Shown: positions 27,861 through 42,752, counted from the first letter of the stretch. The stretch: 64,000 nucleotides of DNA from Eledone cirrhosa (GCA_964016885.1 OZ024742.1:327670001-327734000), one strand, 5' to 3'. The notes: generated by a model not told the origin, from the sequence alone. A program made the numbers and translations.

Positions 27861-28698
27861 TTGAAGGGAGTTTATTCCGAAATATAAGAGTAAATAAAAA
27901 AATAGGTCTTGAACAGGGGAGGAGAAGGATGGTGAGTGACAGAGAGGAAGTGGAAAAGAGATACAGAGAATGAATCGGCTCTAATACCAGACTAGTAATT
28001 TGTTTCGAGATGGAAAGGATAAAATGCAAAGTTGACCTCGTTGGGATTTGAATTCAGAACGCAGAGTGTCAGAACGAATACCACAAATCATTCTACTTGA
28101 CTTTCCAACGACTCTGCTAATTCGCCGCCTACGACTATAAAAATAGCTTAACGTTAGTTTATCTGTGTTTGAGTAATACATAAGCCAGAGTGTAACAAAG
28201 TAACTAAGTTGGCTCCGTCCCATCATAGTGTGGAGAAACGAGAGGCGGTCTCCATGCTACTCTGATCCTGGCAGCTTCGCGTATTTCATCCTCTTCGTAT
28301 CCTGTAGTGGCAACGCAACTCAGCAAGGTTGAACTTTTATTTTGTTCTGATACTAGAGCTCATGGTATCGGCAATAGGGTACAAAGGGATGATAAATCCT
28401 CAGAACACTGGCAGAGTTTCGATTTGAACCGTCTTATGGAAGTAGGATATTTGGATACTAGCTACGTTGTGCTTAGAATAAAAGAAGACATGACTACAGA
28501 TAAATGTCAAGTTTGGAAAAACATATGGTATTTAACAAAATAACTTATGACGGTATAAATAAATAATGTGATTAAAGGTGTTTCTTTGAAAAAATATATG
28601 TAGCGATATAATAGTAAGGAAAGAAGACAAGTTACAGAACAGACAAATTCAGATACATACAACATAAACATCTGTATTGAGTGATTGAGTAAGTACTA

Positions 28699-28997
28699 AT
28701 GGTGGTGGTGGTGGTGCTGCTGCTGTTGATGATGATGATGATGATGATGATGATGCCGATGTTGATAATGAGGAGAAAAGGGATGGTGATGATGATGAAC
28801 ATGGTGATGGTCTTGATAATAATAGTAGTAGAGGTGGGGGGTGATGATGATGATGAATGCGTCGACGGCGTTGTTGAAGATGATGATGATGATGATGATC
28901 ATGATGACGACAATGATGCGGCCAATGATGAGGATGATGATGATGATGATGATGAACATGGTGATGGTGTTACTAATGATAGTAGTACTGGTGATGG

Positions 28998-29033
<36 letters not shown>

Positions 29034-29165
29034 GGTCAACAACGACGACGATGAGGTTAATGATGATGATGACAAATATGGTGATGGCGTAGATAATAAT
29101 ACTAGCAATGGTGATGATCATGCTGATGATGATGATAGCAGTGATAGTGACAATGATAATGGTGA
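28699..29165. repeat. Degenerate (GAT/GGT)n trinucleotide region
   Basis: Low-complexity array; similar (CAN)n region at 29400-29760. Confidence 0.92.
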
Positions 29166-30029
29166 TTTATCCAGGTGTTACTGTACTACATTCGATCACC
29201 TCACCTTCTCTCTTCTACTCCCTGAATCTTCTACTGTTTTCTCACTACACCTAACCCTAACCTCCCCTGCTTCAGGACACCGTTATAAATTAAGATGGCG
29301 TCATTGTATAGGGACGGCGTGGGTGTCAGCCAGGGGTTACGATATTCCGGTGAAGTGGTAATGCCCTCTACTTTTACTCAATAACAGACCCCTCCACCAC
29401 CACTACTAACCTCTCATAAAAATAACACTACCATCAACATCACTAACACATACACCAACACCACCACAACTACTATTAGTACCACAACAATCAACACACC
29501 CATCACCTCCACTAGCAGCATCAATAACAATATCCCCCCCACCAACACCGCCATTACCATCACCACAAACACGCCATCCCCACCACCAAAAGCACCACAA
29601 TAACAACAACAACAACAACAAAAGTAGTAGCATTAGAAGCAACAACAATTACAGCGACAATAGGCAAAAATGTGAACAACATTAAGAACTGTAGGAATAG
29701 TAGCAGTAGTAGCAATAGCAGCAGCAGCAGCAGGAGCAGCACAACAACAACTACGATGTGACGACAATTCACATCTAGTTTCACTTTCACTTTCATTTTA
29801 ACTTTGGTTGGAAACAAATTGTTTTCACCCTGCCCCCTCTGAAGTCTCATTATAAAGCAATATATCACTGCTCACTGCTATTGTGTTAAGAAACAACTCA
29901 CAACATCAACCACACTAACGTTGCTCTAGCAATAGCTAGAAGCAGCCAAGCGACGACCAAATGACTGAATAATTTAAGTGCTAAAAAGAACAACTATTTA
30001 CTTACACTGCGCAAATAACATTATATATA

Positions 30030-30560
30030 CTAGCAGAAAAACCACCCTGCGGGTGGTTTTCTGCTAGCATGTGTAGTGTGTATATTGATATTATACGCAA
30101 GTATATATACATGTAGATATGATACATCAAATAAAATCCTAATTGACAATATACACAGAAATTGAACGAAGACTGTGTTACACTGTTTTATGTAATTAGT
30201 AAAGTAATCTATGATACATTAAAAAAAGACGAAACAGATTAGTAACAGAAAATTACTGTGTTTACTTAAGCGATCGCCAACCGGAAGTGTTGACATTTCA
30301 GAAATTTTAAAGAAGTGAATCTTTAAATAAACAAAATATATTTAATCAACAGCCGCGAAATTTTATAGATAAATTATGTAATATTCATTCATTATTTATT
30401 CAAAAACGATAAAATAAAGTACCAGTAATGCACTGGGTAATTGCTGGCCTTGTGCCAAAAGTAGAAACAATTATTTATTCAAAGTAATCCAACTTATTTT
30501 ACTAATGGGATAACAAATTATAAACCGTGCGCAGTCCCGCGCTCCTCGGTTTATTATAGT
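30030..30560. mobile_element. Helitron-like non-autonomous remnant(s)
   Basis: Left: palindrome CTAGCAGAAAAACCACCCTGCGGGTGGTTTTCTGCTAG (CTAG at both ends). Right: hairpin AAACCGTGCGC..GCGC..CGGTTT followed by ATTATAG|T. Confidence 0.45.
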
Positions 30561-30584
30561 TTATATATATATATACAGTATATA

Positions 30585-30618
<34 letters not shown>

Positions 30619-30619
30619 T

Positions 30620-31015
30620 ATTGTTATACTTTGGGAGGGTCATGTTGCCAATAAGAAACACATGCACCAGTTGCTTTCACTCCAATTTATTGTAATAAAT
30701 TTATAAATTTAGGAATTTATAAATTTCCGGTTGGTTGGTTCCACAACCAGATGGTTGTTTATATATTGTCAAAGTTCTTTCGTCACACATTCTGTGACCT
30801 CTTCAGTGACTGGGGATTCTTTTCTTTGTTCTGTCCTACGCCATCTTGTTTTTAAATTCCTAAATTTATAAATTTATTATAATAAATTGAAGTGAAAGCA
30901 ACTGGTGCGTGTGTTTCTTATTGGCAACATGACCCTCCCAAAGTATAACAATATCGGTTTCAACACACGTTTTCAGACAAAGAATCTTGCTAAACAAATT
31001 CAGAAACGAAATATA
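30620..31015. mobile_element. Family B fold-back element with HHR at 30768-30810 (-)
   Basis: ~100-bp inverted arms 30620-30719 / 30852-30952; GTCA-CTGAAGA-GGTCACAGAATGTGTGAC-GAAA-GAAC-TT-TGAC. Confidence 0.75.
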
Positions 31016-31049
31016 TCTATATTTTTATATATATATATATATATATATG

Positions 31050-31183
<134 letters not shown>

Positions 31184-32767
31184 TATTGCGTGCGTGTCTG
31201 TATACATTCAGTTGTTTAAACTGTGAGACAATCCCTTCATCATCTGTTCACAGGAAATCACACGTTTTAACGTGCCACAACCTGGCATTTTAGTGCATTT
31301 AAAAGAGTCAACACTTTTGCAAACATTCGGCCTATGACTCTGATCTGCGAATATCTCTCTTCCAACAGTCTTGGAGAGCTCTAAAAAGGATCATGGACTC
31401 TACCTTGCTTCGAGACTAAGCGATGAAAACAACAAACTATTTTAGTATCTTCAGGCAACAGCGTTCCTCCAACTTAGCGGAGCAGCATTGATTCTAACAG
31501 GGAAGGTTTGGTATTGTTTGGTCAACATCATATGATGTTTTCTGTAGCATGTTACCAATTTCCCTATTTTGTTTTACTGTTTTTTATAACGTTTTCTTCT
31601 CTCTTAACGTTGGTCTTTCTTCCACATGCCTCTCTTATATCCATTATGTCAGACAAGAACACTATGAATCTAAATACAAACACATGCTCTCTTACCAACA
31701 CAAAATATATATACTGCACTCTGACACAACTCTTAACATCCTCATATTTGAGACAATTCTTTCCATGCGTGTTCCCTATACACAGACAGCTAAACTATTA
31801 TGATTCTTTTGTCAGTTCTTTCCACAAATTTATTACGTCATTTCCTTATTGCATTATGGCGTGGGAATATTCACAATTATTCCATACCTAACCGCACCTT
31901 CCAATCATTGGCATCATTCCGAAGTCTGGAACTTGTTTATATTGCTGCATTTCCCTTTCTCACAATCCTTATGGAAAACAATCAGGAGCCATATTGTGTT
32001 GATTCTCAGCACTCTGAGTATGATGCGTGGTTATGTTAGTGAACTAACAAAGATGTTCAAGACTTGGTTATGCCGAGAGGAAGATTCTACCTGGGGTGAT
32101 TTGCGTGTTACTAGAACAAACATTAATTTTGCGTAACCCCCACATCGATGAAAATTAATAGTGTCAGTTTAGTTCCACAGATAAAAGCTTGACCAAGAAT
32201 TGATGCCCGCCTGATAAATCTCAACCTGACTGGCTTTATTCTTCAGAATATACTCTATTAAAGTTTCTTTTGCTCAACTGCCTCCCATGCTGCCCATGTG
32301 CATTGAATTCGTAACCCCACAGCTTTCATCACACTCTTCATTCTAGCATATTTCTCTTCTAATTGCGACGGGACATCAATTTGTTTTGTTAACGTTGTTT
32401 GACCTACCGGTTTATTCTGGACAACTCAGATTATCTCTCATACATTTGCAGATTGGATTCTGCTACCTGAATATCTTTTTTCAAACTCCAGTTCTTCCTT
32501 GTGAAAACCAATACTTAAATCGCACGAACAATGGAGTTTATATAATTCTTTGGCATTATATGGCAGCGAGAATTTCTTTCTTTCATTTTCTTACTTGAAT
32601 TTTAACAACAGCTGGAATTATACAGTTGAATCGTTGAGCAGGATGGCAGGAATCCAAGTCACTATCATAGGAACTTGCAAGCACACATTTGCATTCTTTT
32701 CACTAGGAAGTCATTGGTCAGTTAGGTCCGATCTGACGAGTTTCGGTAACATGAAGTTAATCTATGT

Positions 32768-33040
<273 letters not shown>

Positions 33041-33518
33041 TGGTCGACTCAAGGCTATAATAGAGGATGCTTACAAAAATTCAAAAGCTGTACATATATA
33101 ATATAAGATTAACCGAGACTACCTGAATGTACGTATAATTATACACATTGATCATATATACATGTACACGTGTCAATTGTATGTATTTCCATGTGAGTCG
33201 AAAAAATACGTCAATAACTTTACTCGATTTTCGACCACTGTTGGTGTTTCATGCGAGTAATCTCCACCACCAAACCATTAGAAAGAAATACTTATACTCA
33301 ATGGCTATATTTATATACATATTCATGCTGCCAATCCTATGCTGCATATTCACAGATATGTATTTTTCAAATATTATGCCTGCTTAGTGTACGATCTAAT
33401 ATCTACTAAAATTAACTATCAACATAACCCTTAATAATATACAAATTAGTATGACTATTTCATTTAGTAGGGTTTGTAAAATTTTCAGTTACGTATTTCT
33501 TAGCGATTAACTGATATA

Positions 33519-33569
33519 GATATTCTCTGATGAGACCATAACAACTGTCGAAAACCGATTAAGGATATT
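33519..33569 (+). ncRNA. Type I HHR motif
   Basis: GATATTCT-CTGATGA-GAC..GTC-GAAA-ACCGAT-TA-AGGATATT. Confidence 0.7.
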
Positions 33570-34029
33570 AATCGTTTTCAATCTACAGGGAAATACGTAA
33601 ATTTCGCCTGCATACATGTCATTGTAAATGCGCGAAGGCTTAGTGATTAGAGAGATGAGGTTGTGTGTTCAATTGCCGGACCGGGAAATGTGTTGTGTTT
33701 TTGAGCAAGATATTTTATTTCACGTTGCTCCAGTTCACTCGGCTGTAGAAATGAGTTGTGACGTCACTGGTGCCAAGCTTTTGTTAGTTCTGGTTGGTGG
33801 AGGTCACTTCTGCTTCATATATCACCACTGGAGTGATACTCTCTTGATCCAGGGGGCATGCCTTTGGCCATCTCATTTCAGGTTATTGGTGTAAGTGTAG
33901 TCTATTTTCTTTGCATGGCGGTTGAACGTTTGCTGGAATTTATGGCCTACAGGGAAGGGAAAATCTAAGAGAGATAGACATTTTCTACCTACATTAGTCT
34001 TCACGTAGACCGTGCTTGGTGACGCCAAC

Positions 34030-34220
34030 CACACGACGGCTTTCTAGCTTTTTTCTTGCTATAGATAGTGCGGTGATCTGGTGAATAAGTGATTCTCTCG
34101 TAGAAGCCGCTGTTGTTTAGGGTTGAGTTGTAGTAGGGGGGTGCCCTGTCAAAGATGGCTCGGCTAGAAGAAAGGTTGGATACTCCCTTGTTGAGGTTAT
34201 TAATTAGCTTTTTTAAAACT
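34030..34220 (-). mobile_element. Naiad-type PLE RT thumb fragment
   Basis: LKKLINNLNKGVSNLSSSRAIFDRAPPYYNSTLNNSGFYERITY aligns with KRISRISSNRKIFDEKAQYYNDALARAGYADKIVY of the element at 40226-41479. Confidence 0.75.
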
Positions 34221-34335
34221 AAATGCATAAGTGAGTATAGATACATAACCAGAATCATTTCTCAAATTATACTCTCATGTTGACTTACATACACACTTAA
34301 TCAAATATTCATATACATATTTTCATATGTATATG

Positions 34336-34435
<100 letters not shown>

Positions 34436-34638
34436 GTGAGGTTTTTTTACAAAATGAAAAATAACCGAGGTGTCCTACACGAGTGAAAGTATAAAAAAAA
34501 AAAGATGAAATCCAAAATGCAACTGGAGTCTTATTTAAAAAAATATATATATATTTATTTGGTTCCTTTACCGGTTTCGCAGTTCTTCTGCTTTTCAAAA
34601 GTAGAGTTGAGATGGAGAGTCTGTGATTTTTCTCACAT

Positions 34639-34686
<48 letters not shown>

Positions 34687-34786
34687 CGTTTCTGAATTCG
34701 TTTAGCAAGATTCTATATCTGAAATCGTGTGTTGAAACCGATATTGTTATACTTTGGGAGGGTCATGTTGCTAAACAAATTAGAAA

Positions 34787-34832
<46 letters not shown>

Positions 34833-35193
34833 CCGGCCGACTAAACTCACTCGATATGCAAATTAGGCTGCTCAGCCGTTAATATGCATAAGGAAAGTAT
34901 ATACTTTCAGACTTTCAACCATCTGGTAGGAAGGTATACGATGCTGACGATAGCTAATAAGCTTGAAACTAGTACTTCGTTCCTGTGTCAGTGTTGAACA
35001 AAAAGTGACGTGGTTGCCTAAACACTGTACGGCGTAATTCGGGCTGTTTGTTTGTTTACAGAGAAACCGAGCATTATAATAAATGTTCGGTAAACCGATA
35101 CGTGCATATATATATGTGTGCATGTATGTATATATATACATACTACTGTACGTCTGTATACATATATGTATGTACGTATACATACATACTTAC

Positions 35194-35245
<52 letters not shown>

Positions 35246-36159
35246 ACCCTTGCTAGCAATATACTTCCCTAAATTATGGACCTGCACAAGTTTGAAGTGA
35301 TTCATTAAAATTCTGTTCTCTTCCAATTGACCATTGTTGGGAACAGTCTAATGAAATATCAGCTTCTACTCGACTATTAAGCTATATCATGGTCTATATT
35401 TGACACCCTCCTTTCCATCTTTTCTTATCTCCAGTCCAGATCAGATTTTGCCAAAAGCCTGAATCTGCATTATAACTTGTAATTTTCCAATTTATTTTGT
35501 TCACCGTCTGATGGGTTTTGATTAATACAAGAGAAAAGGTAAAATATAACCTCGCATTCCTTTTAATTAATACATCCCAATATGATTGCCGCATACATGG
35601 AAGACGCGCGATAAGGAAGTTGTTTATCATATGTAATTTGAATTCAAATCCCGCCGAGGTCAACTTTGCCTTTCATCCTTCTTGTGTCGATAAAATGCAG
35701 TAGCCGCCAAATGCTGGAGTCAATATAGTTGAACTTCTCCTCCCCTTATATTGCCGTTATTAGTATGAAGTATTTGTGAAATACTTCATAGTTCAACGTA
35801 TATTAAGTCTATTCTGGTCCTCCCTCGGTTTCGATAAGATATATTCCAGTTATTCAAATAATGGAAATACCTGCTCATGAACTAAATGTTCAAGTGGCTG
35901 AACATACCACTGACTCGTGCACACTTAATGATATTCTCAGGGACAAGACAGGCCTTTTGTATTACAGGTACAAAGCATTTTTGTCAATTGAGTGAACAGG
36001 AATAGTATGAAATAAATAGTCTTGCTGTCAACGCACGACCAAGTATCGAACACACTAACTTAAGATCGTGAGCAGAATACACTAACAACTAAACCATGTG
36101 TCTTGGCGTATAGAAGAATATCATTGGCTGATCACGCCATGCAGTAACTATGTTATCTT

Positions 36160-36468
36160 ATGAATATTCGATCTGAGAAATTGAAAGATTACAACTCCAA
36201 TAAGGACATGTGGTTAGAATGTCCCAGAAAAAAATCGCTGGACAGATTTAACTGGCAGAACCAACCGGTAGGCGAACTAGGAGTAGACCCGTTGCAAGAT
36301 GGTCGGATAACATTGAAAAGCTCGGTTGGTCCCGCTTGGAGATCCAGGCGGATCAATTGGAGACGGTTTCTTCTGATAGAACCCACTGGAAGGCGTGCTT
36401 GAGGACTCTATCTCTTCGACCCTCCCAGGAATAACTGGGAGGCGAAGAAGAAGAAGAAGAAGAAGAAG

Positions 36469-36497
<29 letters not shown>
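36160..36497 (+). mobile_element. 3' end of an RTE-type LINE with a (GAA)n tail
   Basis: GHVVRMSQKKIAGQI*LAEPTGRRTRSRPVARWSDNIE...DRTHWK matches the RTE C-terminal GHVxRM...GxRxRGRP..RW.D motif. Confidence 0.78.
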
Positions 36498-36499
<2 letters not shown>

Positions 36500-36756
36500 T
36501 TTTTTTCTGCACTAGTTAGCTATGTCGGCTGTTCCACATTCAATATCAATTTACCTTACAAATACAAGTACTTGCATCAAATGGATAGATAGATACATAT
36601 ATAGATAAATATATAGATAGAGATAATGTACTAAGATGGACTGGTGCACAATAAACACAAACTGTCACACAGACGCATAAACACAGTCATATTTATGTAT
36701 AGATGGATTGACAAATAAATAGACATAGATAATATATAAATTCATATCTACCTATT

Positions 36757-36873
<117 letters not shown>

Positions 36874-36983
36874 AAAAGGAATCGAAAATGCAACTGGAGT
36901 CTTTTTAATAATATTTATTTGTTTCCTTTACTGGTTTCACAGTTCTTATGCTTTTTAAAAATAGAATTGAGGTGGAGGGTTTG

Positions 36984-37049
<66 letters not shown>

Positions 37050-37074
37050 TATATATATTTATATATATGTATAT

Positions 37075-37322
37075 ATTAGAAAGTGAACAACACAAAATAT
37101 AACTACTCCATTACCAAAGATTTCTGGTTCCCAGACAATATTAATATACCTCTGGATAGGTCATCTCAGACGGATGCAGACGTATATTAATATTGTCTTG
37201 GATCCAGAAACCTTTGGTAATGGAGTAGTTATATTTTGTGTTGTTCACTTTCTAATTAAATAGCTCTGTTCTATACATAGAGCACTCTTTTTTCCTTTGA
37301 TTTTCCTTCGGGATTACTTAAT

Positions 37323-37325
<3 letters not shown>
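37075..37325. mobile_element. Family C fold-back element with a degenerate HHR
   Basis: Inverted arms 37075-37150 / 37185-37256; GAAA-CCTTTGG-TA-ATGGA; tail hairpin GCTCTG..TAGAGC. Confidence 0.72.
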
Positions 37326-37400
<75 letters not shown>

Positions 37401-37599
37401 GATAACAAGTTATCGTTATAGGTAATCCAGTTAGAGGTAATCCAGTTAGAGTACTCTACGTCGTGGATAGTTTTAACGTACGGCTTTGTTTGACCCAACA
37501 AGATGTTTTCATATCTACGTGCTCTGATGTGTTGACCAGTTGTAAACAATGTATTGGAGTTCGATTGACGCAATCTCAAGCGATTAGCGAACTCTAGAC

Positions 37600-37628
37600 A
37601 CACCTGATGAACGAAACAATTGTCAGTA
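37600..37628 (+). ncRNA. Minimal HHR-like motif lacking stem II
   Basis: CTGATGA-AC-GAAA-CAATTG-TC; palindromic stem III; stem I poor. Confidence 0.45.
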
Positions 37629-37924
37629 CTGTAAATAAAGCCCTTATTGTACAGCCAACCATGTTACTCTTTTTTCTTTAACTATATATATATTATATTA
37701 TGGTTACATAATATATGAGGACAAAGGGTGTAGTGCACTCTACTGCTGCCTCAAGTGTGGCTGAAACTCGAGTTTGGGAATAATTGGTGGTACCCATCTG
37801 CGTGTGTTTTATTGAAGCGAATAACTATGTGTATACTCTGGGAGTTTATTTAACAATACCTATTGAGTACACTGAGATGCAACCGGTCCTAGCAGTGATA
37901 CCTATGCTAGGCCCGTCAACCTCT

Positions 37925-37958
<34 letters not shown>

Positions 37959-38008
37959 TATATATACAATATTAAATAAATGGAAAACTATATTTATAAA
38001 ACCATATT

Positions 38009-38074
38009 TATTTCATTATATATATTTCGGGGATATCATATTAACAATATGCTATGCCTTCATCAGACAAAATA
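38009..38074 (-). ncRNA. Type I HHR in the 3' pLTR (element sense) of PLE copy 2
   Basis: Mirror image of 42753-42818. Confidence 0.85.
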
Positions 38075-38434
38075 CAATATAAACAGTTTTATAGATAAAT
38101 ATATTCGACATACCGTAATAAACATCAACTTCATTTGAAGAGGTTTACTCTAGCAGTGAAAATACAGAGAGAAAGAAAGAGAGAAAGAAAAGAGGGAAAA
38201 ACGAAAGAAAGAAAGACAAAACGAAGAAAAGGAAGAAAAAGAAGAAAAAGAAAAAGAAGAAATGCATGGAACAAAATAGAGAGATGGAAAAATAGATAAA
38301 GTGAAGAGCTTCATGTAAAGAGACAGAAAGATATATATATATATAGAGAGAGAGGAAATAGAGATAGATACATATATATATATAGAAAATTAGGTAGTGG
38401 GAGGTCATTTTGAGTAAGTGTATCAATGATACAT

Positions 38435-38469
<35 letters not shown>

Positions 38470-39597
38470 GCTCAAGTATTAATGTAAGGGAGATATATAG
38501 AGAGATATAGAGAGATATATAGAGAGAAAAAATTTTTAAAATATCCAGACATATTCGAGGCGTAGAAAACCCTATGTTTTAATGTATTAGTATTTATAAA
38601 ACTTACACTACACTGTAAATATCAGTATTCCTGAATGAAACAAGTATTCACAATGTGTGAAAATTCATTATCTTATGTTTAGTTTTAAAAATTCATATGT
38701 CTATGTGACAGCTACAAATCTCAATGTGAATCCAACTGATTCACTCCGCAAACTCTAAGTTATCGGAAAACATTCTCAATGTGGTATAAAAATTTGAGCG
38801 TATTATTATTCTTGCGATTACTCTACAAGATTATCTATCAAGCAGAAATAGAGAGCAGATTTCAATATACTAATCGAAAATATATATTATATTATAAACA
38901 TAATAATAAGTAAAAATATAGAATAGAAAACTAAAAAAATATTACGAAAGAATATTACATAATAAAAATATTGCATATTAAAAATACTACGTATTAAAAA
39001 ATATTACGTATTAAAGATTTGCATATAAAAATTTACATATAAAAATATACATATAAAAATTTACATATAAAAATTTACATATAAAAATATATAAAAATAT
39101 TTAAAAAATATTAAAAAAAATAAATAAAATAAAAATAAAAATATTATAGAATACTACAATACTAAAAGAATAAAAGTAAAAATAAAAATAAAAATAAAAA
39201 TAAAGATAAAAATGAAAATAAAAATAAACCACAAAAAAAAAAACAACCCTTCAAAGTTAATTGACAATATATTGCCACGTTCACTACAAGACAAAGCCAA
39301 AAATTATCTATCAAATCACATCTAGCAAAGAATATCGTAAAAAGATTATGATGTCCAATTATGTCTAGATATGTTCCTATGTTTAATATAGAAGTTTATC
39401 TAGTGTAAGGTTAATTCAAAAAATTTGGAGCATCGGCTTTTAGGGTAGCTTAATTTTTCATGAGGAATGTTTAGATAAAAATAAAAATAAATAAAATAAA
39501 ATAAACAATAAAAAGAGTAAAACGAGGGAATCAAAGATTTAGGAATCAAAAGATTTATCGGCTAGTTCTCATATAAATATAAATCAAACTAAATATA

Positions 39598-40260
39598 CTA
39601 CATTTTAAATTTAAATTTATATTTAAACGTTGAGTTTAATCTATGTTTGCAACAACTGAATAAATTTGTCCGTAGGTTAAGGGAGTTTTTAGATTTTAGT
39701 ATAAAGAATATCTCCTCTGCACAGAGGTCACATGTCTCAGAGGATGAATTAAAAGGAATCCCTCTTGAGACTATATTCCAAGCCGTCGAATATCTAACGT
39801 TATCTAGCTTAAGTTGCCAGAGTACCCCTGATAGTGCCGTTGAAGATTTTTTATTTGGATCTGTGAAAGAATTCTTGTGGTTATTATAGCGAAGTTTAAA
39901 TTCCGTCGATGTGGAACCGACGTAGTTAAAAGAATTAGAGTCAGTATTAACATTACAATTGTATACTATATTTTTAACTAAGCAGTTGTTATTTAACGGA
40001 CATTTAGATCTATCTCTACAGTTACATTTGTTAACTTGTATATTATTTATGCTATTATCAGTAGGTTTTAAGTTCCTATTATTTATTCTATTAATATTTT
40101 GTGCTAAATTTTTGGTGGATGAGTAGGTTAATTTAATTGTATGCCTATTGAAGATTGAGTGATACCTATGTGTTCTAGGGAAGCGATTATCAAGAGCTTT
40201 GAAAAATAATTTAGCGATGTGGGTTTTAATGTTTAGTGAGAAAGGGGGGGGGGGGGGCAA
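39598..40260 (-). CDS. PLE linker, Zn-binding region and GIY-YIG endonuclease (frameshifted continuation of the RT)
   Basis: PPFS..IAKLF..FP..H.Y..IFNRHTIKLTYS; CNCRDRSKCPLNNNC; IVY...YVG; FKLRYNNH; TALS..LW; CDLCAEE; LN..CKH. Confidence 0.88.
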   Translation of the reverse strand: MPPPPPFSLNIKTHIAKLFFKALDNRFPRTHRYHSIFNRHTIKLTYSSTKNLAQNINRINNRNLKPTDNSINNIQVNKCNCRDRSKCPLNNNCLVKNIVYNCNVNTDSNSFNYVGSTSTEFKLRYNNHKNSFTDPNKKSSTALSGVLWQLKLDNVRYSTAWNIVSRGIPFNSSSETCDLCAEEIFFILKSKNSLNLRTNLFSCCKHRLNSTFKYKFKFKM

Positions 40261-41660
40261 ACCAAATTATGTTCCTAGTTCTATTTCTTTTTTGTCCTTT
40301 GGAATTATTGTAATGCTTTCTATTATAGTTGTTAATGTTGTTGCCGTAATTAAAAAAGTTGTTACTTTGTTTAGTTTGTCTATCATTATCTATGTATACA
40401 ATCTTATCAGCATACCCTGCCCTAGCTAGTGCATCATTATAGTATTGGGCCTTTTCGTCAAAAATCTTTCTATTCGACGAGATCCTAGAGATACGTTTTT
40501 GGACTGAGTTTACTATAGTGTTTTTGACAGATCTGGGGTGGTTAGAGTTAAAGTTGACATAGTTTAAGTTTTCATTCAACTTGTGAAAAGGATAGTGGAG
40601 ACATGTGTTGAGATTTAATGTTATATCTAGGAAATTGACTATTCTATGGTTGTTCTCAATTTCTATTTTAAGGTTAAAGTAATTAAAAAATTTTGTAATT
40701 TGTTTACATTTTCTATTTAGTTCAGGGTTATTATTATTAATAAGTAAAAGCATGTCATCCCTATATAAACCTCCGGTAGTACCAGGTATTTTCCTATGTA
40801 GCGAATTGATTAAAAATAAGCCCACAAGGTCAGTTACCTGAGCTGAGTCGGAAGATCCCATAGTTATGTCAAAATTGCTATCTCTATCTGCTCTAGTCCA
40901 TAATTTGTCATTAAATTCTATCAGAGTTTTCCTAGCCGATAATATAATATGCATTTCTTTGCTAGTTAGGTCCGTATGTTTGAATGCGTAATTTAGTGCC
41001 CTATTTAGTAGACTAGGGGTAATAGAAGAATAATAGTTAGCTATATCAAGTTGAATAAACCTATTATTATTGTCATATTTAATTTGCCTAAACCACTCAA
41101 CAACCTCTCCAGTTCCCTTCCACAAGCTCAGGTTAGATACACAATCCAAGTTCTTAATTTGCAGTATCACCCTGTCAAGAATGCTTTTACTTAATTTTCC
41201 CAGGTCCGATTTTGAAGGTGCGATCAATCTCACTGGCAGGTCATTTTCAAAATTGCTCTTGTGGTCCTTCATATTGATCTTCGGTTTCCTGGGCACGAAA
41301 GGTTGTGTTCTGTTCTCAATTTCCAACTCATGCATTATACAAGATGCTTCAACATTCATTTTCTCAAGTTCGGCCTTATCTGCTACCTTGTATTTTTTCC
41401 TCAGCTCTTTCAGTATGAGGCCATTATACATGTCTTTCCGCACTCCATAGAGGTTGTTGGTCTTGTCAGATTTCACCAAGATCTTCTCAGTTTTCTCTAA
41501 GCTCTCAATGTTATTCTTAATGCCTTTCAGATATTCCTGGCCTTTAAAGTTTCTCTTAAATTTGACCCCTTGTATGATAGAAATTATATCGTTTTCAAAG
41601 TCAGATAAAAGTTTGTTAGGGGGTGGATTTCTTTTAGATTTGAAAACTTTGTTTAAGTCC
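40226..41660 (-). CDS. PLE reverse transcriptase (5'-truncated; the frame stays open upstream of the called start 41479 to about 41660)
   Basis: FKSKRNPPPNKLLSDFEND, SDKTNNLY, KDHKSNF, RLIAPSKSDLGK, IQLDIANYYSSI, FDITMGSSDSAQVTDLVG, GLYRDD, NFLDITLNL, SNHP. Confidence 0.92.
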
Positions 41661-42361
41661 GTATTAGTATTAATAGTATTCTATAATATTTTTATTTTTA
41701 TTTTATTTATTTTTTTAAATATTTTTTTAAATATTTTTATATATTTTTATATGTAAATTTTTATATGTAAATTTTTATATGTATATTTTTATATGTAAAT
41801 TTTTATATGTAAATCTTTAATACGTAATATTTTTTAATACGTAGTATTTTTAATATGCAATATTTTTATTATGTAATATTCTTTCGTAATATTTTTTTAG
41901 TTTTCTATTCTATATTTTTACTTATTATTATGTTTATAATATAATATATATTTTCGATTAGTATATTGAAATCTGCTCTCTATTTCTGCTTGATAGATAA
42001 TCTTGTAGAGTAATCGCAAGAATAATAATACGCTCAAATTTTTATACCACATTGAGAATGTTTTCCGATAACTTAGAGTTTGCGGAGTGAATCAGTTGGA
42101 TTCACATTGAGATTTGTAGCTGTCACATAGACATATGAATTTTTAAAACTAAACATAAGATAATGAATTTTCACACATTGTGAATACTTGTTTCATTCAG
42201 GAATACTGATATTTACAGTGTAGTGTAAGTTTTATAAATACTAATACATTAAAACATAGGGTTTTCTACGCCTCGAATATGTCTGGATATTTTAAAATTT
42301 TTTTCTCTCTATATATCTCTCTATATCTCTCTATATATCTCCCTTACATTAATACTTGAGC

Positions 42362-42392
<31 letters not shown>

Positions 42393-42752
42393 ATGTATCA
42401 TTGATACACTTACTCAAAATGACCTCCCACTACCTAATTTTCTATATATATATATGTATCTATCTCTATTTCCTCTCTCTATATATATATATATATCTTT
42501 CTGTCTCTTTACATGAAGCTCTTCACTTTATCTATTTTTCCATCTCTCTATTTTGTTCCATGCATTTCTTCTTTTTCTTTTTCTTCTTTTTCTTCCTTTT
42601 CTTCGTTTTGTCTTTCTTTCTTTCGTTTTTCCCTCTTTTCTTTCTCTCTTTCTTTCTCTCTGTATTTTCACTGCTAGAGTAAACCTCTTCAAATGAAGTT
42701 GATGTTTATTACGGTATGTCGAATATATTTATCTATAAAACTGTTTATATTG

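Noticed and set aside
29249-29262. Telomere-like CCTAACCCTAACC
   Set aside because: Only two units; not an interstitial telomeric array.
31240-32750. Old LINE remnant on the minus strand
   Set aside because: Only faint hints (e.g. LIFIDV); too decayed to assign by eye.
39598-41660. Selenoprotein-type Naiad (in-frame TGA at Cys positions plus SECIS)
   Set aside because: All Zn-binding positions in the called ORFs are ordinary Cys and there is no in-frame TGA; the only lesion is a homopolymer frameshift.
38145-42682. Two identical 93-aa ORFs (38145-38426 -, 42401-42682 +)
   Set aside because: Low-complexity by-products of the inverted pLTR duplication; no protein features.
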